Counted from the first letter of the stretch, positions 49,695 to 60,624 are shown. The stretch is DNA of 64,000 bases from a bacterium (GCA_965221165.1 CBDCRP010000002.1:128001-192000); one strand, 5' to 3'. Notes: generated by a model not told the origin, from the sequence alone. Made by a program: numbers and translations.

Positions 49695-49922
49695 ATGGTG
49701 TACGGAAAATCATCGCTCCTGCTGTCGGGTCTGCTCCTGATGGGCCTCTTTTTCCTCGGGGGATGTTCCGAGGAGGAGAAAAAACCAGAAGTTTCGGCAA
49801 ACCTTTGCCTCACGCTGCCCAACGAGATGGTTCTCGGCCCATACGACACGAAAGAAGCCTGCCAGACGGCGCGCGAGAACATGCCCGATGGCGTATGCGC
49901 TCCGTGTGAGCAGAAAAAATAA
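49695..49922 (+). CDS. small putative lipoprotein
   Basis: AAGGA RBS; hydrophobic leader with lipobox LGGC; four further Cys. Confidence 0.6.
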   Translation: MVYGKSSLLLSGLLLMGLFFLGGCSEEEKKPEVSANLCLTLPNEMVLGPYDTKEACQTARENMPDGVCAPCEQKK

Positions 49923-49959
49923 AAAAGGGCCGCCTCCATGGCAAGGAGCGGCCCTTTCC
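49921..49959. terminator. bidirectional terminator
   Basis: aaagggccgc...gcggcccttt between convergent genes. Confidence 0.65.
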
Positions 49960-49966
49960 GGCTTCA

Positions 49967-50905
49967 TCAATAGACCGGCAGAATATCCTTCTCGTACGTC
50001 TCATCGACGCCCCGGGCGGCGGCGTAGAATATTTCTTGCAGCCTGCGCGTGATTTTCCCGGGTTTTCCGTCTCCCACATCGATGCGATCGAGAGAGAGCA
50101 CAGGCGCAACCTCGGCGGCCGAGCCGCATATCATCGCCTCATCGGCCACATAGATTTCCGTGCGATCCATGGGTCGCTCCACGGGTTCGGGGCCGATGTG
50201 CCTCCCGAACATCTCGAGCACGCTGTCGCGCGTGATGCTCTCTAAAATAGAGTCCGTCACCGGCGGTGTGATGAGCTTGCCCTCGCGCATGATCATCACG
50301 CACGTGCCCGTGCCCTCGGCCACCGTGCCCCTCTGGTTCAGCAAGATGGCGTCGTCGTACCCGTTCACCCGGGCCTCCACGCCTGCGAGCCTGCCGTTCT
50401 GGTAGTTGGCAGACGCTTTCACGCGCGGCGGCACGGAATCGTCCGAAATGCGCCTCCAACTGCTCACGCACAGGTTCACGCCCTGCTCTTGACGCTTGCG
50501 GTTGCTGTTCAGCCCGCCGCTGATGAAGACGCACGTGTCCACCTCATCCGCCGCATAGCCCTTCATGTCCAAAGGCCCCGAATCGTCAAAGTACACGTTC
50601 AAGCGGAAGTGGAGGTCATCCTTGAACTCGTTCGCCCGTATCCACTCGATGACGGCGCCCTTGAACTCTTCCGCCGTATAGGGCGGCGTCATCCGCATCA
50701 CCCGCATCGAGTCGAACAGCCGCCTGATGTGCGGATCGATCTTCCAGAGGAAGAGATTGTTTCTCTCCTCGCTCCAATAGGCGCGAACTCCCTCGTACAC
50801 GCTCGAGCCCCTCAGAACCGCCTGGCTGAAAACGCTGATCTTGGCGTCCTCGGGCGGAACCACCTCTCCGTTGAGCCATACTTTCGCATGATCGTAGCTG
50901 GGCAC
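49967..50905 (-). CDS. branched-chain amino acid aminotransferase family (class IV PLP, IlvE-like)
   Basis: YEGVRAY, RVKASANY, AEGTG, ILESITR, GSAAEV. Confidence 0.9.
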   Translation of the reverse strand: MPSYDHAKVWLNGEVVPPEDAKISVFSQAVLRGSSVYEGVRAYWSEERNNLFLWKIDPHIRRLFDSMRVMRMTPPYTAEEFKGAVIEWIRANEFKDDLHFRLNVYFDDSGPLDMKGYAADEVDTCVFISGGLNSNRKRQEQGVNLCVSSWRRISDDSVPPRVKASANYQNGRLAGVEARVNGYDDAILLNQRGTVAEGTGTCVMIMREGKLITPPVTDSILESITRDSVLEMFGRHIGPEPVERPMDRTEIYVADEAMICGSAAEVAPVLSLDRIDVGDGKPGKITRRLQEIFYAAARGVDETYEKDILPVY

Positions 50906-51053
50906 GTGAATCTCCTCTTTGGAAGCGAATCATCGATCCGGAAATGAAAACGGGGTATCATGGACAATAAAAGAGTGGTTTGACAAGAGGCGGCAACACT
51001 GCAAGTGTGCAAATAAAGACCGGAATCATTCACAAAAAATGGCGGGAACTCGC

Positions 51054-51791
<738 letters not shown>

Positions 51792-51837
51792 TCTCAGGCT
51801 CGAACAATCTCGGCTAGGCGCGCGCAGGATAGAAAAT

Positions 51838-52524
51838 TCAGACGGCCGTCGTATCCTCGATGGCCTGCTGGCCCTTCAGTCGGCCCAGCCGGTTCCCGTA
51901 CTGCGACAGCGTGAAACAGCAGACGAAATAGACGGCCGCGATGAAGGTGAACACGGCGAAGGACGCGTTTTCACGCCCGTTGACGATGGTCCCCGAGCGG
52001 AAAAATTCGATGACGCCGATTACGAAGGCGAGCGACGTATTTTTGAAGAGCGCCACCGTTCTGTTCATGATGGCGGGAGCCATGTTGCGCAGCGCCTGGG
52101 GCAGCACGATGTAGCGCATCGCCTGGATATAGCCCAGCCCGGTGGAGTACGCCGCCGCCATCTGCCCCCTGGGGACGGAGTCGAGCCCCGCGCGGATGAT
52201 TTCCGCCGCATACGAGCCATTGTGGAGCATGAGCGCCCAGACGGCCGCCCAGAACGGGCTCAGCGAAAACCCCACCAGCGGCCTGCTCAAAAAATACACC
52301 CAGACGACGAACATCAGGCCGGGCGTTCCGCGTATGACTTCCACCACGGCAGCGGCCGGCAGCCTGAGCCACCAGAGTTTCGAGTGCCGCATGGCGCCGA
52401 AGACGACGGCGAACGTCCAGCAGCCCACCCAGCTGATGGCGAAAATCTCGATGGTCAGCTGAAACGCCTGGGCGAAAAATCCGAAGTTCTCCGGAATGAC
52501 GTGCCACTTCCAAAAAGATTCCAA
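51838..52524 (-). CDS. amino acid ABC transporter permease
   Basis: EVIRGTP, AEIIRAG, LPQA, KNTSL. Confidence 0.92.
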   Translation of the reverse strand: MESFWKWHVIPENFGFFAQAFQLTIEIFAISWVGCWTFAVVFGAMRHSKLWWLRLPAAAVVEVIRGTPGLMFVVWVYFLSRPLVGFSLSPFWAAVWALMLHNGSYAAEIIRAGLDSVPRGQMAAAYSTGLGYIQAMRYIVLPQALRNMAPAIMNRTVALFKNTSLAFVIGVIEFFRSGTIVNGRENASFAVFTFIAAVYFVCCFTLSQYGNRLGRLKGQQAIEDTTAV

Positions 52525-52552
52525 CGAAAATTCCCCTTCCGCGATCCGGTCG

Positions 52553-53449
52553 CTATGTGCCCGAGCGAACTTTCAGGCCGAAGTAAGACTGGACCCCGTA
52601 AATTACGCTCACCGTCATCAGGGTGAGCAGCAGGAACAACAAAGTCCCCGTACTGTACGCCTCGAAACCGGCGAAGGTTTCCTCTTCTATCTTTTGCGAG
52701 AAATACATGAGATCGGTGATGGCTATGGTCATCGCCACGGCCGAGTTTTTGATGATGTTCAAAACCTGGCTCGACATCGGCGGTATGACGATGACGAGCG
52801 CCTGGGGGAGGATGATGTAGCGCCAGGTTCGGGCGCGGGACAATCCCGTGGAGGCGGCGGCCTCCCACTGGCCTTTCGGAATCGAGCGGATGCCCGAGCG
52901 GACCACCTCGCCCATGTAGGCCCCCGTGTAGAGGGAGAGGGCAATAACGCAGGCGAAGGTGCTGGGCACGAGAATCAGAATCCCCAGGGGCTCGTTGATG
53001 ACCGCATTCAACACTTCCTGCAAGCCGAAATACGCCCACCACATCTGCACCAGCAGGGGGATGTTCCTGAACACCTCGACGTATGCGGTCGAGAACGCGC
53101 GTATCCACCGAATTTCCGTCGTCCTGCCGATCCCGCAAAAAACGCCGAGCACCAGGCTGATCACGAGCGACCACGCAAAGATATACATCGTCATGCCCAC
53201 GCCTCGGAGCAGGAACATCCGGTAATCCCAGATCACGCCCCAGCGCCATTGGTAGCTGAATTCCGTCTCGAAATCGATGGGCCACAAATCGAAGATGAAG
53301 TACCAGACGGCGAATAGCGCGACGCTCCCCCAGGTGAGGAAAAACGCATTTCTCTCCCGAGGACTCTCAAAGAGCTTCCACTTCCATTTCTTCGCGCTTC
53401 GAATCACGCTTGCGCCTGACGCATCGCCAACCATCCACACTCCCGCCAA
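52553..53449 (-). CDS. amino acid ABC transporter permease
   Basis: YVEVFRNIP, EVVRSGI, GQWEAA, KNSAV. Confidence 0.92.
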   Translation of the reverse strand: MAGVWMVGDASGASVIRSAKKWKWKLFESPRERNAFFLTWGSVALFAVWYFIFDLWPIDFETEFSYQWRWGVIWDYRMFLLRGVGMTMYIFAWSLVISLVLGVFCGIGRTTEIRWIRAFSTAYVEVFRNIPLLVQMWWAYFGLQEVLNAVINEPLGILILVPSTFACVIALSLYTGAYMGEVVRSGIRSIPKGQWEAAASTGLSRARTWRYIILPQALVIVIPPMSSQVLNIIKNSAVAMTIAITDLMYFSQKIEEETFAGFEAYSTGTLLFLLLTLMTVSVIYGVQSYFGLKVRSGT

Positions 53450-53528
53450 GCGAAAGCGGCCACCCGGAGCCGGGCGGCCGCATCCGCCTTAAATGAACAT
53501 TAAAGGCTCTCGCTCGGATAATTCCCCT

Positions 53529-54326
53529 TTATTTCGGGAACCACGGCAAGGTGAAATCCGGATTCTTGCCGAACCATTTTCTCCAGATGGCGTGGTATCT
53601 CTTCGTCTCCCAAAGCTCCAGGATGACGTTGTTGATGTAATCGCGCCAATCCGAGTCGTTTTCCCGAAGGCCCATGCCGTATGGCTCGATGGTGTAGAGT
53701 TTGCCCGGAACGACGAGACCCGGGTTATTCGCCGCCAACCACTGGAGGAGAATATCGTCCGTCACCATGGCGTCCACCTTCTTTTGCTTGAGCGCAAGGA
53801 GGTTCTCCGTGTGCTCCTGGAAGGGAACGATGATGGCCTTGGGCTGAACCTTGAGGAGGTTGGGGCCGGAGTTTCCGCCCTGAACGGAGGCGACGCGCTT
53901 CCCGGCCAACTGAGAGATGTGCTTGATGCCGGTGTCCTTGCGGGTGATGAAGCGCTGCCCCGTGATGAGGTAGTGCATGGAGAAGTCGATGACCTTATCC
54001 CGCGCGCGCTTGTGCGTCATCGTGGCCGCGATCAAATCCACGTTGCCGTTCACGATCAAGGGAATACGCGTCTTTGAAAGCGCCTGGACGAACTTCACCT
54101 TCACGCCCAGTTTCTTGGCGATCTCCCTGACGAGGTCCACGTCGAAACCATCCGGTTTCCCCGTTTTCTTGTTGATGAAGCCCATCGGAGGAAAGTCGAA
54201 TTTCACCCCGGCAACGAGGGTTCCCCGCTTCTTCACTTTCTCCAGTAGCGATTCGGCCGATTCCCCGCTCACGCCCAGAGACAGCGCGAATACGAACAAG
54301 ACCAATCCGAGAAACAATCGTCTCAT
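53529..54326 (-). CDS. amino acid ABC transporter substrate-binding protein
   Basis: Signal peptide; GFDVDL; RIPLI..G.VD; IDFS; EPYGMG. Confidence 0.92.
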   Translation of the reverse strand: MRRLFLGLVLFVFALSLGVSGESAESLLEKVKKRGTLVAGVKFDFPPMGFINKKTGKPDGFDVDLVREIAKKLGVKVKFVQALSKTRIPLIVNGNVDLIAATMTHKRARDKVIDFSMHYLITGQRFITRKDTGIKHISQLAGKRVASVQGGNSGPNLLKVQPKAIIVPFQEHTENLLALKQKKVDAMVTDDILLQWLAANNPGLVVPGKLYTIEPYGMGLRENDSDWRDYINNVILELWETKRYHAIWRKWFGKNPDFTLPWFPK

Positions 54327-54597
54327 TTATTCTCCCTCCCTTATCTGCCGAAAAAAATGATTCCAGGCGGCCCTCACAGCCGTCCGGCCAACCGAAACCC
54401 TCAGGCAAGCAACTCATCCATATATTTTTGCTGACCCCATAGGCACACTATGAAAGAGGCTCCAAGCCGTGTCAAACGATCAAAAATCACTCTTTTTCGC
54501 GGAGGCGCTTCGGCCTTCCCGCCTTGACGCTCGGGCGCGCTTGGGCGTAGCGTTATCCCCAACAGATTTTCAAAATCCCACCCTTCTGGAGATTTTC

Positions 54598-55968
54598 ATG
54601 CAGCAGCCCACGGACACTCCCAAACTCGCGGACGCTTATGCCGAATCCCTGCCCGCTTCGCGCGCCCTCTACGATCGGGCGAAGGAAATTTTCCCCGACG
54701 GGGTGACGCACGACACCCGCAGGATGCAGCCCTTCCCCATCTACGTCGAGCGCGCCGAGGGCGCGTACAAGTGGGACGTGGACGGCAACCGCTACATCGA
54801 CTACTGGATGGGCCACGGAGCTCTCTTGTTCGGGCACAACCCGCCCCACATCCGCGACGCCGTGAGTAAGGCCGTACTCCAGGGCTCGCACTACGGGGCT
54901 GGCCACAGGCGGGAGGTGGAATGGGGCGAATGGGTGAGCCGTCTGGTGCCCTGCGCCGAGCGGGTGCGCTTCACCGCCTCGGGCACCGAGGCCACGCACA
55001 TGGCGCTCAGACTCGCGCGCGCTTACACGGGCAGAAAACGCGTGGTCAAGTTCGCGGGCCACTTCCACGGCTGGCACGAGGGGCTCGAGATCGGCGTGCG
55101 CGCGCCCTACACGAACGAACCCGAGGCGGGACAACTCGAAGAAGTCACCGATCTGGTCACCGTATGTCCGCCGGATAATCTGGAAGCCGTCCGGGGCGCG
55201 CTCGCCTCGGGAGAGGTCGCCGCACTCATCCTCGAGCCGACGGGCGGGCACTTCGGCACCATCCCGATGAAGGGGGATTTCGTGGCCGCGCTCAGGGAAG
55301 AGACCCACAAGGTGGGAACCCTCCTTATTTTCGATGAAGTGGTGAGCGGCTTTCGCGTATCGCCGGGCGGGGCGCAGGCGCATCTCGGCGTGACGCCGGA
55401 CTTAACGAGCCTCGCCAAGATACTCGCGGGGGGCCTGCCGGGCGGGGCCGTCGTCGGTCGGGCGGACGTGCTCGAATACCTCGCCACCAAGCCGGACCCC
55501 GAGGTGAACCGCCGCACGAAAATCGCCCACCACGGCACCTTCAACGCGAACCCCATCTCCTCTGCCGCAGGCGTCGCCATGCTCTCCTCGCTGGCCGACG
55601 GCCGGACGACGGAAGAGGTGAACGCGCAGGCGCAAAAGCTGAGATACGGGATGAACGAGATTCTCGCGCAAGAGGCGGTGGCCTGGAAGCTCTATGGCGA
55701 ATACAGCGACTGGAAAATTTTCTTTGACGCCGACGCCCCGCCGCTTGATGGGGCGGATCAGGACGTAAGCGGAATCGAATGGCGGCGGCTCGATTCCAAA
55801 AACGCGCAGAAAAGCCGCGCCTTACGCCAAGCCCTGATCCTCCACGGGGTGGATTTCAACGGCGCCCGCGCCCTCGTGGGCGCGTGCCACACGGACGACG
55901 TGATTGACAAGACGCTCGCCGCCTTCCGGGCTGGGGTGCAGACCATGAAGGAAGAAGGCATCGCCTAG
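54598..55968 (+). CDS. class III aminotransferase, glutamate-1-semialdehyde aminomutase-like
   Basis: WDVDGNRYID, SGTEA, FDEVVSGFR, LAKILAGGLP, GTFNANP. Confidence 0.88.
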   Translation: MQQPTDTPKLADAYAESLPASRALYDRAKEIFPDGVTHDTRRMQPFPIYVERAEGAYKWDVDGNRYIDYWMGHGALLFGHNPPHIRDAVSKAVLQGSHYGAGHRREVEWGEWVSRLVPCAERVRFTASGTEATHMALRLARAYTGRKRVVKFAGHFHGWHEGLEIGVRAPYTNEPEAGQLEEVTDLVTVCPPDNLEAVRGALASGEVAALILEPTGGHFGTIPMKGDFVAALREETHKVGTLLIFDEVVSGFRVSPGGAQAHLGVTPDLTSLAKILAGGLPGGAVVGRADVLEYLATKPDPEVNRRTKIAHHGTFNANPISSAAGVAMLSSLADGRTTEEVNAQAQKLRYGMNEILAQEAVAWKLYGEYSDWKIFFDADAPPLDGADQDVSGIEWRRLDSKNAQKSRALRQALILHGVDFNGARALVGACHTDDVIDKTLAAFRAGVQTMKEEGIA

Positions 55969-56021
55969 AATTTCGGGCATTGCTGCCCGCCACCGGGAAT
56001 GATTATTGAGGAGAACCAACC

Positions 56022-57272
56022 TTGCACAGCGCGCTGAAAGGCCATTTGAGCCTCGATTCCGGACGTATCGTGGACGACATGGAACACCCCTTCACCTGCC
56101 CCGATACGGGCGGGAATTTACAGGGCAGCTACGACCTCGAGTGGATAAGGGCGCATGTGGACAGGGACGAGGTCGCCCGCAGACCCCGGGGCATCTGGCG
56201 CTGGCGCGAACTCCTGCCCGTGCGGGATGAGCGAAACGTGGTCTCGCTCGTCGAGGGCGACACCCCCCTCATCCACGCCGAGAGGCTCGGGGAATCGCTC
56301 GGGTACGGCAACCTCTACATCCTGGATGAATCGAGAAACCCCACGGGCTCGTTCAAGGACAGGGGCGGTTCGGTCACCATAAGCAAGTGCAAGGAAGTGG
56401 GGGTCGACCGCATCGTGCTGCCTTCTTCGGGCAACGCGGCGGCTTGTTTCAGCGCGTATTGCGCGCGGGGCGGAATCGAATTCATCGGCTTCGTGCGCGA
56501 CGACAGTTCGGCCGTTCATTGCTTGCAAGTAGGGGCCTACGGGGCGTTTGCGCTCATCATCGAGGGCGATCAGGGCGTGGGCGGGCGCTTCGCCGAAGAA
56601 GTGTCGAAAGAACTGGGCTGCCTGCACGCCACCCTGCCCCGCAACCTCTACAGAATCGAGGGAAAAAAGACGGCTGCCTATGAGATATCCGAAAAACTCG
56701 GCTGGCGCGCGCCCGATCGCGTCGTCTGCCCCACGGCGGGCGGCACGATGGCGCTCGCGATGGACCAGGGATTCCGCGAACTGCTGGCCCTGGGCTGGAT
56801 AGACAAGATGCCGGCGATCGACATCGTGCAACCCGATGGCTGCGCGCCCATCGTCAAAGCCCTCCACACGGGCGGAAAGGTCGAGCCCTGGGGCGAGGTG
56901 AGCACGAAATCGGCCGGCCTCACGAGCCCCTTCCCCGGTGCGGGCGAGCGTGTGGCCGCGGTGGTGCGGCGTTCGGAGGGCCACGGCGTGCTCGTGAGCG
57001 ATGCGATGAACCTGGAAGCCGAATTCCAGATCGCCGGACGCGAGGGGCTGTTCTTACAACCGGCTTCTGCGGCGTCCGTGGCAAGCCTGATGGAGGGCGC
57101 CGAGCGGCCCGGGAAGCCGGAAGCCGACGAGATAATCGTCTGCATCGGCACGGGCACGGGCAAGAACGCGGCGGAGGTGGCGGGCGAGGCCCTCGGCAGG
57201 CCGGGACGCATTCCGCCCGATATCGAGGCCTTCAAAAAAGCGCGCGCATCCTGGCGAGGAAACGGCTCCTGA
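56022..57272 (+). CDS. threonine synthase-like PLP enzyme
   Basis: IWRWRELLP, EGDTPL, NPTGSFKDRG, SSGNA, EGKKT. Confidence 0.88.
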   Translation: MHSALKGHLSLDSGRIVDDMEHPFTCPDTGGNLQGSYDLEWIRAHVDRDEVARRPRGIWRWRELLPVRDERNVVSLVEGDTPLIHAERLGESLGYGNLYILDESRNPTGSFKDRGGSVTISKCKEVGVDRIVLPSSGNAAACFSAYCARGGIEFIGFVRDDSSAVHCLQVGAYGAFALIIEGDQGVGGRFAEEVSKELGCLHATLPRNLYRIEGKKTAAYEISEKLGWRAPDRVVCPTAGGTMALAMDQGFRELLALGWIDKMPAIDIVQPDGCAPIVKALHTGGKVEPWGEVSTKSAGLTSPFPGAGERVAAVVRRSEGHGVLVSDAMNLEAEFQIAGREGLFLQPASAASVASLMEGAERPGKPEADEIIVCIGTGTGKNAAEVAGEALGRPGRIPPDIEAFKKARASWRGNGS

Positions 57273-57499
57273 GTCACTGGATAAACGCATGTAATTCTCT
57301 GGAGCTAGCGCTTATAACACCCCCAAAAAGCGAAGAAAAACTCCCCTCCTCTTTTATTTTCATGATCTTCTACTTCAACACTATCCGATAAGTAACTATA
57401 GTTAAATATATTATAGGTTTGTTAAAAAATGTATTTACTTTCGTTTTATTTTCGTATATGATTTTCTCCTTCACGTCAATCCACACAGGGAGAACAATC

Positions 57500-58747
57500 A
57501 TGGTGACGGAAAAAACCCTCCACAAACTTGCCATTCTCGGCGGACAATCCTTTGACGACAGGGAGGGCCCGCCCGGCATGAGAAAACGTCCAAAAGACCG
57601 GCGCAAATTCCTGGCCTCGGACACGCCGGCGATATTTCCGGTGCCCTTCTCGGGCGGGCGCATCATGCCGCTTCTCTCCACCATGATGACCAACGCCTGC
57701 AGCTATGATTGCCGCTACTGCCCCATGCGGGCTTCGCGCAACATGCCGCGCTACTCCTTCAGCCCAGAGGAGTTGGCCGACACCTTCATGGCGCTCAGGA
57801 AGAGAAACCGCGCCGAGGGGCTTTTTCTCACCAGCGGGATTCCGGGCAGCGGCGTCACCGGGGTGGACAGGATGATAGCCACGGCGGAAATCCTGCGCTT
57901 CAAGCATCGTTTTAACGGCTACATCCACCTCAAGATGCTGCCGGGCGTGGAGGACTCCCAGCTCGGCCGCGCCGCCCAGATAGCCACGAGGCTCTCCGTG
58001 AACTTAGAAGCCGCCACGCAGAGGGGTCTTCAGACCATGGCGCCCGAGAAAAATCTGGAATCCGACCTGAAACCCGCCCTTCGGTATGTGGGGAAAATGG
58101 CGCGCGAGTCGTTTTTCGAAAGAACGGGCCTCATCACCGGCGGCGTGACGACGCAGTTCATCGTGGGCGCCAGCGGGGAGAGCGATATGGACGTGCTATC
58201 GGCCTCCCACTCGCTCCAGAAGAAGGGTCTTTTGCGCCACACCCATTTCAGCGCCTTCAAGCCGGTGGAGGACACGCCGATGGACGGCGTTCCCTCGGTC
58301 TCCAAAACACGCGAGCACAGGCTGTATCAGGCGGAACACCTCTTGCGCGAGTATGAGTTCGGGCTCGATGAGATTCCCGCCTCGGAGGGCAATCTGGCCC
58401 TCGATGAAGACCCGAAAACGACGTGGGCCAGGCGAAACCTCTCCAAATTTCCGGTGGAGATCATGACCGCAGACCCCCGGACGCTGATGCGCGTGCCGGG
58501 CATCGGCCCCACGTGGGCGAAGCGCCTGGTCCAAGTCAGGAGAAAGGCGCACATTCGCGATTTCAGGGACTTGGCACGCCTGGGACGAATCCGCAAATCG
58601 GCGGCGGGCTGGCTCATGCTGCGCGGCAAACGTCTGGGGCCGGAGCCCGTGCTCGCCACGCAGTTGAGCCTCGAACTGCAATACAAGCGCAAAAAAAGGC
58701 GCGTTCATCCCTCGAGAAACATGCTGCCGCCGTGTTCTTTTCGCTGA
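57500..58747 (+). CDS. putative DNA modification/repair radical SAM protein with HhH motif (TIGR03916-like)
   Basis: CSYDCRYC, GLFLTSG, GYIHLK, REHRLYQA, LMRVPGIG. Confidence 0.88.
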   Translation: MVTEKTLHKLAILGGQSFDDREGPPGMRKRPKDRRKFLASDTPAIFPVPFSGGRIMPLLSTMMTNACSYDCRYCPMRASRNMPRYSFSPEELADTFMALRKRNRAEGLFLTSGIPGSGVTGVDRMIATAEILRFKHRFNGYIHLKMLPGVEDSQLGRAAQIATRLSVNLEAATQRGLQTMAPEKNLESDLKPALRYVGKMARESFFERTGLITGGVTTQFIVGASGESDMDVLSASHSLQKKGLLRHTHFSAFKPVEDTPMDGVPSVSKTREHRLYQAEHLLREYEFGLDEIPASEGNLALDEDPKTTWARRNLSKFPVEIMTADPRTLMRVPGIGPTWAKRLVQVRRKAHIRDFRDLARLGRIRKSAAGWLMLRGKRLGPEPVLATQLSLELQYKRKKRRVHPSRNMLPPCSFR

Positions 58748-58780
58748 TGAGGGAATGATGGATGGATTGCGCGCGCCCGC

Positions 58781-58809
58781 TTGACGCGAAAAACCGATGG
58801 GACTACCCT
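58781..58809 (+). promoter_or_regulatory. putative sigma70 promoter of tRNA-Glu
   Basis: TTGACG-17 nt-TACCCT. Confidence 0.45.
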
Positions 58810-58872
58810 TCCGTCTCTCGCATCACGCCGTTTCATACCGAACGCGCGCGATGCGGGCGGACACCGCTTCAT

Positions 58873-58947
58873 GGCCCCTTCGTCTAGCGGTCAGGACACC
58901 GGCCTCTCACGCCGGTAACAGGGGTTCGAGTCCCCTAGGGGTCACCA
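58873..58947 (+). tRNA. tRNA-Glu(CTC)
   Basis: GGCCCCT acceptor stem, anticodon arm ccggc-ctCTCac-gccgg, GTTCGAGTC, 3' CCA. Confidence 0.95.
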
Positions 58948-59060
58948 AAACATACGAAACTCTTCGGTGAAATTTCATACGTCATTGCATCAGCGCCAGC
59001 CCGGCGTATGACATGGGGCTTAATAAACCAAGGGCCTGCGGTCGCTCGGCGAAACGATCC

Positions 59061-59705
59061 TCACCCCCAGGTGTTCATGTGCACGATTTCATCGAGCGGG
59101 CGCCTCGTGGCGGGTCTGAAATTCGTCCCCAGCGTGTAGGCCACCGGAATGAGCGCCACCTGCATGAAATCATCCGGCACGCCGAGGAGTTCCGCCGCCT
59201 CCGCCTCGCAGCGCAGGTGCAGCGTGGTGAAAACAGAACCCAGTCCACGCGATCTGAGTGCTAATTGAAAACTCCACACCGCCGGAATAATGGAGCCCAA
59301 AAGGCCCGCCCACATGAACCTCGGCGGACTCTCGGGCAGAAAATTCTCGATGCAGGGAATCACGTGCACGGGTGCGCGCTCTAAATTCTCGGCCAGGTAC
59401 ATGGCGGAATCGAAGACCCGCTCGTTTTGCGCGGACCCGCTTTCTCGCGCCTGCGCCATGCCTTGCTCCAGGTAGTCTCCGGTTCCTTTGCGATAAAGCC
59501 GCCCGAGTTCACGGCGTATGCCCTCATCCGTCACCACCAGCCAGCGCCAGCCCTGGCGGTTCGAACCCGTGGGGGCCTGAAGGCCGAGTTCGAGACATTC
59601 CCTCACGACTTCGAGCGGCACTTCGCGCTCGAAATCGAGGCGCTTGCGCACGGAGCGCGTCGTGGAGAGGAGTTTATCGGTCATTTCCAGGTCAAAATCC
59701 GCCAT
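59061..59705 (-). CDS. nitroreductase family protein
   Basis: TTRSVRKRLD, QAPTGSNRQ, QLALRSRGLGS. Confidence 0.92.
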   Translation of the reverse strand: MADFDLEMTDKLLSTTRSVRKRLDFEREVPLEVVRECLELGLQAPTGSNRQGWRWLVVTDEGIRRELGRLYRKGTGDYLEQGMAQARESGSAQNERVFDSAMYLAENLERAPVHVIPCIENFLPESPPRFMWAGLLGSIIPAVWSFQLALRSRGLGSVFTTLHLRCEAEAAELLGVPDDFMQVALIPVAYTLGTNFRPATRRPLDEIVHMNTWG

Positions 59706-59869
59706 GCGGTGCTCCTTTCAGATGCGTGTTCCGGTGGTTTTTCGGTCGAGATGGCGCATGTTACCAAAACGGCGAGCCCAGCGTAACGCGCAGCACTCTC
59801 AGGTTCCCAACCGAGTGGAGGTTCCTCTATAATCCCCCAAAAATTCCTACAACGAAAATGAGGGAAACC

Positions 59870-60553
59870 ATGTCAGACCAGGCAATCCAAGGGAGCAAAA
59901 TTCCACTCTTAGACCCCGCGGACGCCACGGGCGATACGGCGCGGTACTTTGAAGCCACGCGCGAGTTTCTGGGCCGCATCCCCAATTCCGCACTCGCGAT
60001 GGCGAACACGCCCTACATCGCGCGGCTCTATCTCCCCTTCAACGCCACGCTCCAGCGCGAGGGCATGGGCGGGCTTCTGACGTGCAGGATAAAAGAGATC
60101 GTGGTTCTCAAGACGAGCTTCGTGAACGCCTGCGCCTACTGAATCGCGCACAACACGGCGCTTGGTCAAGCGACGGGAATCACGGAGGCGCAAATCGAGG
60201 CCATCGCCTCGGACGATTACATGACATCTCCGGCTTTGAATCCGCGCGAGCGCGCCGCCTGCCTGTGGGCGGAGCATTTCACGAGAAACACCGCGCGCGA
60301 GAACCCGGGCGTGCTCGAAGAGGTCAAGCGGCGCTTCACCGACGGGGAGATTGTCGAGATGTCCCTCATGAGCGGCAAGCAGGGGATGATGAACCGCTTC
60401 ATGGATTCGTTCGCCATTCCGATAGAGAATGAGGGCGAGGTGAACAAGATCAGGAAATCCGTGCGCGGCAACCCCGACAAGATGAAGGCCTACCTGCAAT
60501 CGCTCATCGACAACTGGCCCGAGGATTTCCCCGAACCCAACCCGGATGAGTAG
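59870..60553 (+). CDS. AhpD/carboxymuconolactone decarboxylase family selenoprotein (227 aa; Sec at TGA 60140-60142)
   Basis: Read-through gives KEIVVLKTSFVNA-C-A-Y-U-IAHN..G...GIT, the AhpD CxxC-x-x-H motif. The downstream ORF 60221-60553 is in the same frame. Confidence 0.85.
60143..60176 (+). promoter_or_regulatory. putative bacterial SECIS element
   Basis: Hairpin cg-g-CGCTT-GGTC-AAGCG-a-cg; the G-starting apical loop begins 21 nt after the TGA. Confidence 0.7.
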
Positions 60554-60624
60554 GAACACCCGAGGCGGTCGGCGGGTTAGCCAATTTCACCGACTCCTCC
60601 ATCCTGCCCTGGCGTCGAAATGGG

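Noticed and set aside
59372-60142. The 256-aa ORF 59372-60142 and the 110-aa ORF 60221-60553 as separate genes
   Set aside because: The 5' part of the first overlaps the nitroreductase on the opposite strand. The likely start is 59870, and both pieces form one frame across the TGA.
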